From contig NC_079170.1 of NCBI RefSeq assembly GCF_947568905.1, positions 20,398,001 to 20,462,000 on the forward strand: 64,000 nt of DNA, given 5' to 3'. Position numbers and translations under genes: made by a program. How positions within the stretch are numbered: the first letter of the stretch is position 1; each line of letters begins with the position of its first letter. Source of the DNA: Ostrea edulis (taxonomy: Eukaryota). Positions 51,464 to 63,502 of this stretch are shown in pieces. The notes under the pieces were generated by a model. It did no database searches, was not told where the DNA came from, and saw only the letters and a list, made by a program, of their open reading frames with translations.

Positions 51464-52040
51464 AAAGTATATTGATGTACATGTATATAATTTTATGACG
51501 TCATACATGTAGAAACTTTGAAGGAAACGTTGCCACGTAAATCATGGCAGTAAACAATAAGATGCACATATACACGTAAGGTAAAAATTAATTGATCTAA
51601 ACTTATTCTAAACAGTTCAGACTGGGTTTAAAATTTTGAATAAAATATTTTCCTGTTATTGAAGACTGGTTTCTCAATAAATTTAATAAACCAATTATAT
51701 GTGAGAGAGAAGCCATACTATTTGGTAAATACGATAACAGAAACTTATACAAAGTACAAAATTTACTAATACTTATTGTTAAGTATTACATATTTGTAAG
51801 TAGGTATAAACAGGCTCCAGAACTAAATGTTTGTGCTGTCCAAACGCCTATCATTGATAGATTTTATATACAAAAATCTATGTTGCTAAAAAAGCTGCAA
51901 ATATACTGAATATGAGAAAAACTGGCAGAATATATGTGATTTGCTTTAATTATGTACAGTTAACAGATAACAATTGCTTTTTATGAAATGATTGGGACTG
52001 ATCAGTAGACCAGACAAAATTCTTCCCCTTACTCCCCTTA

Positions 52041-52280
52041 TGTAAAACTTATACGGTACCAATTTTGATTCACCAGATGTGCATTTCAACAAATAATGTC
52101 TCTTCAGTGATGTTCAACCGAAATGTTTGAAATCCGACATAACTATGAAGCTTTAGAGCTAAATATAGCCAAAAACAGCGTGCCAAACAAGTGGAGCCAA
52201 ATTCGTCCAAGAATAAGAGCTATGCATGAGGGAGATAATCCTTAATTTTGAAATGAATTTCTAAATTTTATAACAGCAAA
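52041..52280 (-). ncRNA. Truncated retrozyme-like repeat with one hammerhead motif
   Basis: Minus: CTGAAGA GACATTATTTGTT GAAA TGCAC ATCTG GTGAA TC; the flank matches 6160-6330. Confidence 0.65.
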
Positions 52281-52319
52281 TAAATAGAAATACTACATCG
52301 GAGAGACGGGTACAACATT

Positions 52320-52885
52320 GCGAGCCAGAGTTCAACAGTCTTGTTTAAAGTCAGCATTTCTCAAATAGCAGTGCCGTTATGATGAAGTAGTGTGCCAATA
52401 CAACCTATCATTGGATCATATGTATAACATGTTCTTGTGTATTGGATCAGTTGAAAGACATAAATAATAGTACAATACGTGTTATAAACTTTACGTATGT
52501 ACCTTTTTTCACTCTACTATATGTAAAATTTACCTCGACTCCCCCGTTTTTGGTCCGGCTAACATTGCCAAATCAAAAAACTGCCTACAAATAATACATT
52601 GGTTAATTGAAAGGAAAAGGAAAGTGAAACTGTAGAGAAAAATAACTCTGATTATTACAATACAAGTAAGCGGATATAAATATGGTATTACACTAAAAAT
52701 GCGCTAAAGATTTAATTGTCGCATTGATTGTAACTACAGATGACTCCGTTTATCCGCACACTGGTGTGTTCACTCCTCCTAGGCATCTGATAAACACTTG
52801 ATCTCAGGTCTGGTATATTCAGGGTACCATGTTTACCCAATCCTTTATTTGGTATTCTTTATAGGAATTATGAGATATCACCATT
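52320..52885 (+). mobile_element. Two short degenerate Penelope-like pieces (52320-52430, 52738-52885)
   Basis: ttcaacagtcttgtttaaagtcagcatttc and ctcctcctaggcatctga motifs. Confidence 0.55.
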
Positions 52886-53475
52886 TGAAGTATTAACTTT
52901 TTCGATAAAGACCTCCAATATTAAATAAATTGCTGAAATGAAGATTTTGTTAAGAAACGGTAAACAAATTCCCTCACTGACATCCTATCAATATCGTGTA
53001 TTTTCTCCTTCCTTTTGGCTAAGTTATTCAAGGATTCCCAATCAGTATTCTAAATTAATAAGAAAAATATAATCGACTCCTCAGCATCAGATTAATCTGA
53101 TTACTTTATAATTATATACATACAGACCTTTCTGACCTTAATGGAATGTGTGAAGACTGTGGTACTCAGTTATAGCTCCCAATAGATGCTATACTTTAAA
53201 CGCATGGAATATTTATAAAACATTTTCGGGGTTCTCTCTATGACACATTCACATTACTTTAAAGTATTAAACATAGCCCATTAATCAAGTTAATATGTCA
53301 TTGAAGGATTTTACATATCCTCTTATATAACATTGAAGTCTCGTTTAAAGTATTTACATGAGTTGTTATGACAGTCATATTTGCATGCCGTTCAGTGATA
53401 CAGTATAAATGACTATTTTGATATGTGCATTACGCTCAATTTATTATATGTAGTGTTAAAGGTTTTTTTTCCACA

Positions 53476-53694
53476 TCAACCACGACTCCCTATACAACCG
53501 CACCAGTATGCGCTTTTTCTTGGACAATCCGTGGAGTATCTGCAGGATCCAGTCCAGTAACCCCTGGCCGTACATCCCGATCTACATGTATAACACCCAC
53601 GGAATGTCATACAAGTTTCCTGGCCTTGGACAGAGTAGTCTGCAATCATCAGTGAGGACAAACACAGCAGGATAAGCAAGGCTTTCGAGTTCAT
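53476..53694 (-). CDS. Secreted cationic 8-Cys CS-alpha-beta / macin-like peptide C (putative antimicrobial peptide)
   Basis: 72 aa; signal 22/24 identical to A; mature QETCMTFRGCYTCRSGCTARGYWTGSCRYSTDCPRKSAYWCGCIGSRG, net about +5. Acceptor ttttgtttag| before the ATG; AATAAA at 53440-53445 (minus). Confidence 0.9.
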   Translation of the reverse strand: MNSKALLILLCLSSLMIADYSVQGQETCMTFRGCYTCRSGCTARGYWTGSCRYSTDCPRKSAYWCGCIGSRG

Positions 53695-54312
53695 CTAAAC
53701 AAAAGCATTAAAATCAATTAAAATTCATTTTGATAACCGATTCACTCGACATGGAAAATTTTGAAGAATTTTTTCCTTTCAACGTTTCCTACATGTCATA
53801 TACACTGATTTGACCACATGTACAGGAAATATGTATGTTATAGGGAATAAGATAATAAATATTACCCCTTGCATGTCAAAGTAAATTCATTGAAAGGTAA
53901 AAGCTGCCATCAGCGCAAGACTGGGATACATGAAGATAATAGCTAACGTCTGACTGTGATGGAATGTTAACAGCTATGATGAAATTCGTTTTCTTAAGTC
54001 TGTTTCTTAGTAATTAAAATTTCATTTCAAACAACTGATAACCCAAGCCCAAACATTGATTGTGGGTTTTTAGACGAGGTAAATAAAGTAGTCAGTAGTC
54101 AAATTCAGTATCAAACAAACGGCCTAATGATTGGTTTGTAACCCACAGAACAGTATTCGATTTAATAACCGATATTTACAAAAACACGATTATCATGATG
54201 ACGGTATAATTTGCTAGATTGTAGATTTTAAACAAGACTATAAACACCACTGTGCTATCAACTTATTTGTAGAAGTCTGCTAGGGTTTGATATTGCAGAT
54301 CGCGTATGGAAT

Positions 54313-54635
54313 CATGAAAGGTGAAGATAACGAAGTGATTAATCTCATAACTCCTATAAGCAATACAAAATAGATAGTTGGGCAAACACGGACCCTTGGA
54401 CACACCAGAGGTGGGATAAGGTGTTCTAGGAGGAGAAAGCATCCCCTGTCGACTGATCACACCCGCAGTGAGACGTATATCCTGAATAATTCATCATTTG
54501 ATATATAACACCATATCCAATTGATATTGGTATATCGCTACATATATAAGGAAAACTGACGATATAGAAACTGACGTCATTCCGCTTATCATACAATTCA
54601 GTTGTTAATTTGCCCTTAAGGTTTATGTTCATGAA
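54313..54635 (-). mobile_element. Penelope-like fragment in intron of gene C
   Basis: Near-consensus 3' module plus RT piece (GKLTTELYDKR). Confidence 0.8.
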
Positions 54636-54925
54636 AAAAATCCAAAGTTAGATGTGGAAGATAGGTCTGTAGTAGTTTTTTTGTTGCTGTATTTTTGAGT
54701 TCAGAGATAAAAATGTACAGAGATATGCATATACAGAGATAAGCATGTACAGAGATATGCATGTATGAAACCAATGAATGAAAGTAATGATTGTTAATAA
54801 CAATGCAATATATTGTATCTAGATGTCAAGTTGAACACAACAGCATGCTGTCAAATTCACTACATTGACGTTGATTCCGCTAAGAACTCGTTAGAGTAAA
54901 ACTGAAAATTGATTGAAAGTCTTAC

Positions 54926-55007
54926 TTTTAGAAATCGGGGTCGTAACAGTACTGGGAACGAAACGTTTCTCTTTTTAACTTTGGCTGTAAATTACTACTT
55001 ATTTATA
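54926..55007 (-). promoter_or_regulatory. TATA box and non-coding exon 1 of peptide gene C
   Basis: Minus strand TATAAA (55007-55002), gccaaagtt..agagaaacgtttcgtt..tactgtta..gatttctaaaa|GTAAGA, donor at 54925; intron 1231 bp. Confidence 0.72.
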
Positions 55008-55211
55008 GTGTACATTCAAGTATCTCATTTGTTATGATGGTAATGATGTTAATATTCTGGTTCTAACGATCCAAATTGAAGACAAATTAACGTCATTATC
55101 GTTACCAATTTTAGAATGTGTAATACAATATATACAATTACCCTTTTTTTACATGGGCGCTATCAGTAACCAAAAATGTGAAGATAACATGTACATTCAT
55201 CGATCTCATAT

Positions 55212-56115
55212 ATCCTAAAATGAATATGAAATTAAGAGTAGGGAAAACTTGGACCCCTGAACATACTAAAGGTGGGATCAGCTGCCTCGGAAGAGTGGCA
55301 CCCCTTTCTGATCGGTCATACCCCCATGAACCCTATCTCTTCAGCAATTCGTTGTTAAAAAGGTATGTAAAGAATGGTCTAATCATTCGCATGAAGCACG
55401 TCAGACAACGATGACAGGTTGTATTTGCAATTTATATAATTAAAACGACCATACAATAATTGCAAATTGCCGATTTTAAATGAGACTGTTTAAAGCCCTG
55501 TACATGCAGTATCATCTTCACCTTACATCAACTAATTTAGTAGACTGTCTGAATTTTAAACTTGATAATTTGCAGAATATGTTCTTGCATTTCTAATCAG
55601 TTGGGATAACAAATTACATCCGTCTATCGATCAGTGATGTAATTGTGAGTTAAATATGTTTCGATAAATCGAGTACATGTGTTTTTGTGCGCGTGTTTTG
55701 GGATGGGGGTTGGGGGTAGTAAGTGAAGAAGCAATATAATCACTATAAAGTCTACGGTTGTTGTGTATTTAACACAAAACATGCAACGAAATTTGTTAAA
55801 CATATGATGCGAAAACATGGACAGCAGTGGCCCAATATCATAGTTAACAGAGTATGTTTACAATGAGATAAAAGCCTTCTTAGATATCGCTAATTCTTGC
55901 CAAGAATGGAGCACCATAACGCTTATGATGGGTGTCGTCAGTCGAAAGGTAATACTTACACGTCCTAGGCTCCTGGTCCCACCTCTGGTATACTCAAGGA
56001 TACGTGTTTGCCCAACTCTACAATTTGTATCCCTTAAAGGAGTTATGAGATTGATCACTGTTCGTTATCTTCATCTTTCATTGAATTGATAACTATTTGT
56101 TATCTTCATCTTCCA
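55212..56115. mobile_element. Divergent Penelope-like fragments (- 55212-55420; + 55885-56115)
   Basis: Degenerate 3' modules. Confidence 0.65.
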
Positions 56116-56989
56116 TAAATGTACCGGAAGGAAAAATAAATGGAACCTGACTATATTAGGGGGTAAATCCCACTATATACATGTAACCAGATTTGTGGGG
56201 TCAAGACACATTGTGAAGACATTTTCGGGGGTATTATATGACCAGTAGTCCAAAGGAATGATGGCTAGCGAAATAGGATGCTAGACAGTACTGGCTGTCT
56301 TATTCATGTTATGAGATGGGTCACCGTTCGTTATCGTCACCGTTTAATGGGTAATTAACCAACAAAACTCTTCTTACTGCACTGAACGTCTAAATCCGAG
56401 TGAGAAATGACTGCACTGCGAACTTTCATCTTTGCTTCCATGAGACCCGGTCATTTGTTTCACCCAGTGTACACAGTTAAGAAAACAATACATTGCTGAA
56501 GTGAATTTCTCGTAAACAGAAAACCAGATTTAGGCGAACAGCTTCAGGACATCCTCAATCAGTTCTTCAACCGTTCCACAGCTTCACCCCCAATCTTAAT
56601 TCTATAAACATTTTAAAGCTTCCGTACTAGATTTGTAAGACTCATCATGAGAAATTCCCATTTTGCATCAATGTACTTTAAAATGACAATAGGTGTTTCA
56701 ATGACTTTGGATATTCCAGGTTGACACATATTTGCTTACTAGATACTTTTATCAAAAGTAATATTCATTTGGGAAGAAAGTAATTTCATAAGCTCTTAGA
56801 AGCTTCAGTACCAGATGCCCGCTGTGAGACCTTCCAAACATAGCATGTTGAAAAGTTGTTTCCATGGCATGGTGCCCTTCTTAAAATACTATGGTGTAAA
56901 TTCTTCTACCTTCATCTTCTCCTGTGGTAAGCCCTTAACATTTCCTGCATGAACTATGACCTTTTAAACATTTATGCATGAAATGTTAA

Positions 56990-58519
56990 AGGACACAACG
57001 CATGTTTCTAAACTTGTTCATTTTTTCAGCAAAATTAATTCTTTTTATGCCTAAAACTACTTTAAATGTGTTTTAAATGAAATATTTTGCGTAGTTTTCG
57101 AGTTTGAAAGCGATGAAATTCAAATCTTGCGATATGCATATTTTCTTTCGCTAGTTTACGCGCCACTATGTGTGACGTCATATGCGCCCTCGGGTTTGAA
57201 AACATCTATATTAGCCATTTCATAAACAGATTAGATTTAATCGACAAAAAACCAATTATCACGGTAACGGCATGTAAATAATAATGCATTAAGATGTTTT
57301 GTGCCGTGCACGGGTGTACTATTTTTCGATAGAAAGGATTTAGACTGAGTATTTTTCAATTTTTCGAAGGAAGGTATGAGAAAAAAGACGTGGATAATTT
57401 TTTTGTTGGAGCAAGAACTTTACCTTAAAAAACACACCCAGTCACCTTTTCAAAACCCGCTTGGACAGAGACCCTGATAAACTGCGAGAAAATGGATATA
57501 TCGAAGCTATAAGCACTAGTTGGCCTATAGCATACATTCTGTTTTGCTCTTCAAATTCAATACACGCCCGGATCAACTGACCTTCACCTTGTAACAACAT
57601 ATATATTGACGATACAATGGAACTTCTACCAACTGGTAGATTTACAAAAAAATTAAAGATACAAAATAATTGAACTTTTAATTATACAAATAATAGAATA
57701 TTGTATTTCCTAACTTTAAAGTGAATTATAAAATTGTTTCCTTAATGAACTCGTAGCATCTTGAGTGCGTCAGTATAAAGCTGTGCTCCCACTTCGTACT
57801 TCCTAAAGACGTGCAGATCACAATTCAAAAATAGAAATAAGATTGCTTTATCAAAATAAAATAATGTGATTACCACTTTAAATTTGAATATTTTTATTCA
57901 TTTGTGTGTGTATTGTCTTTTTCTTTCTTTCCGAAATGCACGCGTGACAATAGCTTGGCATAGGGCCTAGTTGTCAACAATTTAACGTATCATAATTTGT
58001 CTAATCCAAAAATAAATAATGATTGCACTGTTTATTTTAGAAAAACAGCGCCAATTACAGATGTATAAAGGAATAACATCACCAAACAATTTGTAGACAG
58101 CGACCCATATAAACATTATTTATACACAATATTGCCGATTTCATACACGCTTTACTCGCTAATTTGGGTTTTTACATCGTTATATGTGTGCACTGGTGGT
58201 GAACACATAAAAGTCGGACAATTTGTCAACAACGATTTAAATGTTGCCCATTTTAAATAAATTAGACCCCTAAAAGTTGAGTTTTTAATAATATCTCGTA
58301 GTACTTTCACAATCCGAAGGGCGCATGTGACGTCACTGTACCACGTGACTACCTACCTAATTAACTAGACTTTTTGAAATCGGGGCTTAGATTTAAGTCT
58401 GTATTGTGGTTAATTATCGCAAAATTTCGGCGAACGAACTATTAGAATTAATTACTATAAGCATAAAAAAGACGAAATGCATGTAATGTTGTATACTTTG
58501 AAAACATGAGATATGTCCT
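56990..58519. mobile_element. Kolobok-like element, 1530 bp, no transposase ORF
   Basis: TTAA|AGGACACAACGCATGTTTC ... GAAAACATGAGATATGTCCT|TTAA; the empty site with a single TTAA is at 863-866 in copy 1. Confidence 0.88.
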
Positions 58520-58742
58520 TTAAGGGCTTGCCATCAGGAATATATATGCAATTATGAAAAAATTACTTAAAATAGTCAATGATGTTTTAAACAGGTTTTC
58601 TTGAATATTAAACACCAAGCTCCCCTGGTTGAAAAGTTTGGTACGAAATTAAGGAATTTGCATATGAGACATGCGACCCTTATCACTCACCATTCATACG
58701 TTATGACCCATATAAAAATTTCTGACAAAGCGACAGAAGCAA

Positions 58743-58744
<2 letters not shown>

Positions 58745-58803
<59 letters not shown>
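58745..58803. repeat. (AT)29 microsatellite
   Basis: Direct read; only ~5-6 units at the homologous site (~1090-1100). Confidence 0.98.
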
Positions 58804-58805
<2 letters not shown>

Positions 58806-59164
58806 CATACTATAATCGCAGGGATACAAAAAACTTGAATCTATACAACGTGGAAAAAGTTTGACAGACAACAATGCTCTTAATTGTAAAACGCGTGCAC
58901 AATTACTACATGTGATCATTGATTTACGTATACTTGTTCTTGATATCAATTATCGACAGACAAATGTGTTTTGTTTTTCACGTCTTCTTTCCGTCAAATG
59001 TATCATACTTTCATATTCTCTAGCACCATTGCTTCGATTTCAACGAAACTTGGCACACGCTATCCCTATGTGTAGGAATTTCAAGTTTGTACAAAGGAAG
59101 AAACCCCTTCGCTTCCAAAGGGAAACATTCAAGAAAAGGGAAATGTGGAAGGTAATGAAAGATA

Positions 59165-59690
59165 ATGAAAGGTGGAGATAACTAACAGTGATCAATATCA
59201 TTACTCCTAAAAGTAATGTAAAATAGAGAGTTGGGCAAAAACAGACCCCTGGATATACTAAGCGGTGGAATCAGGTGCCTAGGAGGACAGATCATCCCCC
59301 GTTGACCGGTCACACCACCAGTTAGTCCCATCTCTTTATCAGGTAAACAGTGCAATCTGCAGTCAAATCAGTGTGCCAAGAACGACCTAACAATCGGTAT
59401 GAAACACGTCAGACAGCATTTGACCCAATGATAGGTTGCATTGGTAAACTAGATCATTATAACGGCCATAGAATTTGCGAAATGCTGACTTCAATCGAGA
59501 TTGTTTAAACCCCTGTAACATCAATCTGTTTGCAAGTAGCGTGTCTCGATTTAAAAACTGATCATACGTATAACAAGTTCTTGTGTATTGAATCAGTTGA
59601 GATAATGGAATATCACAGCATAAATATGGGAAGTTGACGATGGAAAAGTTCATCTCGTTTGTTATAAGGGTGTATCGAGTCGAGATATTT
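59165..59690 (-). mobile_element. Penelope-like 3' fragment (duplicate of 1462-1978)
   Basis: ORF 59387-59653 ends LKSAFRKFYGRYNDLVYQCNLSLGQMLSDVFHTDC. Confidence 0.85.
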
Positions 59691-60544
59691 ATCAGGAAAT
59701 TAGTTTGAATAATTATAATTTGGCCTGTAATCTATCCTTCGGTGCCAGTTGATGTAAAATTCATGTGATAAAGCTATGTACTGAAGGATAAAATAAGAAT
59801 ATGTATACTGTCTGATAAGATAAAATACCAGAACAAAGTGTATAACGAGCATCTAGAAACTGGTCACTTTGCGCAACATTTAGCTTAAATATGACGGAAA
59901 CTGAAAAAGACTTTGACGGTGATGAAGATATGATATGATGCCGGGCTCACGAAGGGGGAATTATGATTCTGAGAGTAGTGACGATAATATACGCCTAGCA
60001 AGTTCTCACACAGAACAATGGACATGACGGAACATCCGACAACACAGACGACGTGAATACCAATATAAAATCAGCAAAAGACACCGAGGACAAAAAATCA
60101 GCAAAGGACATGATGAAAATAACAGAATTAGCGAATGGCACAATGAAGAACACAGAATCAGCGACAGACATCATAAACAGCCCAGCAACAGGCATGTAAT
60201 GTATTTCTCAAACGGAATATCGTAACCATTAGTTCGTATCAGATCTCCGATTGAAAGTTGCAAAATATGTATGTCTGTTTACTTTATGCTTTTCATTTTA
60301 CGCTGCATGCGTTATTACTTTGCTTCTCTGTTTTAAGTTTAGTTTTATTTAGCCCATTTATAATATATTTCCAAGCATTAGTTGTTTGAAATTGTTCTAT
60401 AAATATATAAATTAATATCAATTAATAGTAACTAAGAATATTTATTTTAGACAGCAACACATTTCTATTCAAAACTTTTTTCTAGCCACATTTCTTTAAA
60501 ATGTTACTCTCACATGGAATGGAAACTTTACACTTTTAAATTCG

Positions 60545-60990
60545 AGACAGGCTGCTAACAAATACGTTCATGGTACAGAGGTTTCAACAATCTCATTTCG
60601 AAAATTATATGGTTAATATACTGATCTAGTTTGTCAATAGAAACTATCATTGGGTCAAGTGCTATCTGAAGTGTTTCATGTTAATTGTTAGACTTTTCTT
60701 GGCACACTGTTTTGACTTCGGATTACTTCGCTTACTTTATCAAGATATAGTGCTCTCGACGGGTATCAAGATATATTGCCCTCGGCGGGTGTGACCGGTC
60801 GACTGAGGATGCTTACTCCTCCTATCTACCCGATCCCACCTCTTGTGTCTCCAGAGGCCCGTGTTTGCGCAACTCGTTATATTGTATTCCTTATAGGAGT
60901 TATGAAACTGATCATTGATCGTTATCTTCTCTATTTTGTATTGCTTATAGATCTAGGAGTTATGAAATTGATCACTGTTCGTTGCTTCGG
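60545..60990 (+). mobile_element. Penelope-like 3' fragment (duplicate of 2895-3290)
   Basis: Same module and shared diagnostic substitutions as 2895-3290. Confidence 0.8.
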
Positions 60991-63307
60991 CTTTCTTTGA
61001 TACATGGTCTACTTAAGATTGACAGAATGTGTCTGATTTAATCCAATTGTTGTTTCTCGTTACTTGGTATTTTGTAAAATGTTCTATGTCGGTCCAGAAG
61101 CTCATTGGAGCTAATGTTTTATCATTGTTATGACATGTTGACTTAAAAAGCCTTCCATATTTCATGTTATCATGAGCAATACTGGTTAATTAAACACGTA
61201 ACAATAGAATATAGCGAGTTAAGCACCAGGAAGAAGGGGGGGGGGGGGCAATCACAAAAAAGGCTGTCCTGGTACTTGTCTGACACTGTTTATTTAGAAA
61301 GAAAAACAGTTGTCCAAACACCATTTTCGTTAGAGGTGTATCGTTCAGTAAATTCAGTACATAAGTTCATTCCATCTGTTCAACTTTGCAAGGAAGAAGA
61401 ATCCCTCCTTCGTTGCTATATGTAAGTGTCTGGGGATTGATGGCAATCATGATACAGCACTGTGAATATTTTGGTGCTGTCCTCTGCTACCAAACATCAT
61501 AAAATTAACTAAAAAACTCGTGTTTTTAGTTCCAAGGTTCTCGTTTGCGAAATTCTGAAAAATAATCTTTAAGCAGATATTAATGAATCGTCTTTAGCCA
61601 GAAGTAATTGATATATTGTGACGCATAATTTTTGTCGTAGTTGCAATGTATTTAGAATATATAGATGCGCTATAATTGTATCGGTATTCATATTGGTGCT
61701 CATAACCAGTTGAATACACAATAGTTTTTCAGTATGTGAAAATGGGATGTGAGCGTTTTGTATTGTACAGTTGGTAATGAATTGTATTTTACTTCAACTC
61801 TACGTGTCTGAGTTCAAAATACTACGGACCAAATAATGTATTTTACTGAATACTAATAAAGTATTCATGTATTACAAACCCTTGCATTAGATAAAGCTAG
61901 AAACCTCAACAAAATCCCCACTCTAACCTTTGTACCTTGAGGGTTAGATAGTGCAGTCTTGGGGAGTTCATATCGATTCGCTCAATGTAACAATATTTTT
62001 TCACTTATTAAACTGGATACCTGATGGAGATTTATATTTATCTTTTTAAGTCATCTACCTGTTAGATTTATGAAATTATACTGGCAGTTGTTTAATATTT
62101 TAAGCCCATCGTTTACCGTAAATATTTTAATGTCTTATTTTGTGTTTTAGGTATGCCTATTATCTTCTGTACATTTTTACCAATGTGTTTTCGTATTTTC
62201 CAGATATTTCATTACTTCTATTTTTTTAAATAGTAAATTGTCAAAGACCGATTCAGTTTTGTCTTGTTTTAAACAACAAAAAAAAAAAAAAAAAAAACCT
62301 TCCTCCCGGAAGAGCTCTCAAATTGTATAGTTCCGATATACAGTATTGAACAGTCACATCATTGCTAAGCGGACTGTAAACACAACGCTATTTGCATTTT
62401 CACCCCGGATGATGTGACGTGAAACTCTCATATGTTTTGTACAACAAAATTGATTAGAAAGACCAGCGGCGTTTGGGCGTAGTTAAGCTCATCATATCAA
62501 GCTGATGGTGTTAGTTAACTACATATATAAAAATATATTGATGAAAGCAAGTATATTTGGGTCAACCCCCCATTTGGAAATGTACATGGGCTAAAATGTC
62601 AATATTAAAAAAAAATCCAATCCCTTACTTACTGAAATAGTTTTCATAAAATAGTAAGCATCAATATCCTATCACAATTCCATAGCAGTCTTGGTTTGCT
62701 TACATCAACATAAGTAGCAAGAATATTATGAAGATTTACGTAAAATAACGCACAAGTGAGAATTTTCTGAACAACATATTCTATCTATTTTGGAACATAA
62801 ACTGTACGTCTTATTGATTCTGTTTTTATTTCGAATTAAAAAAACCGACTTTGTTTACACAGTTTTTAAACTTCATTTTACACCAGGAATCCAAACTTGG
62901 GCTTAATTTTATTATGTTTTGCCGTTTTGACGATTTTACCGATCGTCTATACATACTAAACCGCATTCGACGACATTTAGTTTAGTGCCATATTTTGAGG
63001 ACCGGTATACTAGAAGTGGTCCAATACTATGGAGGTGGATAAAACTCGGTGTGATGATTGAGAAACTTTGGGCAACATTGAATACGCCTCTCACGATAAA
63101 GACCTTTCACTAGAGAAGAAGCATTTATATGTTCAGCGGATGAGTAATGGAGAAATATGATACTCTGCACTGCGTTCATTTGCGTGACTTCACTCGGTTC
63201 TAAGTATCTACATATAAATGACTGTTGTTGTAACATATTGCTCAAAATATAGTATAAATTTGACTGGATAGATAGTTTTGCACAACTGGTGACACACTGA
63301 CGTCGGA

Positions 63308-63502
63308 ATGAAGACCGTGCTGGTTTCACTAATCCTATTATCGTTTTTGGTCCTAAATTTTTTTGGTTTTGTTGAAGGACACAAACAGAGTGACACAAGT
63401 TTGAATGCCGTGGAGTCTTTGATCTACAACAACGCGGAGGCCACAGTGAAACTGGATTCTACCGAACTGAAACAACTCATCCAGTTATCGACAACGGATA
63501 AG
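63308..63502 (+). CDS. C1q-domain gene paralog, exon 1 (exon 2 outside window; splice donor altered)
   Basis: MKTVLVSLILLSFLVLNFFGFVEG...LIYNNAEATVKLDST.L..LIQLST is homologous to 9157-9346; TATAAA at 63253. The homologous donor position reads AT (63498); the next GT is at 63503. Confidence 0.75.

Noticed and set aside
58601-58949. ORFs with poly-IY tracts
   Set aside because: Translation of the (AT)29 microsatellite; the paralogous site has only ~5 units.
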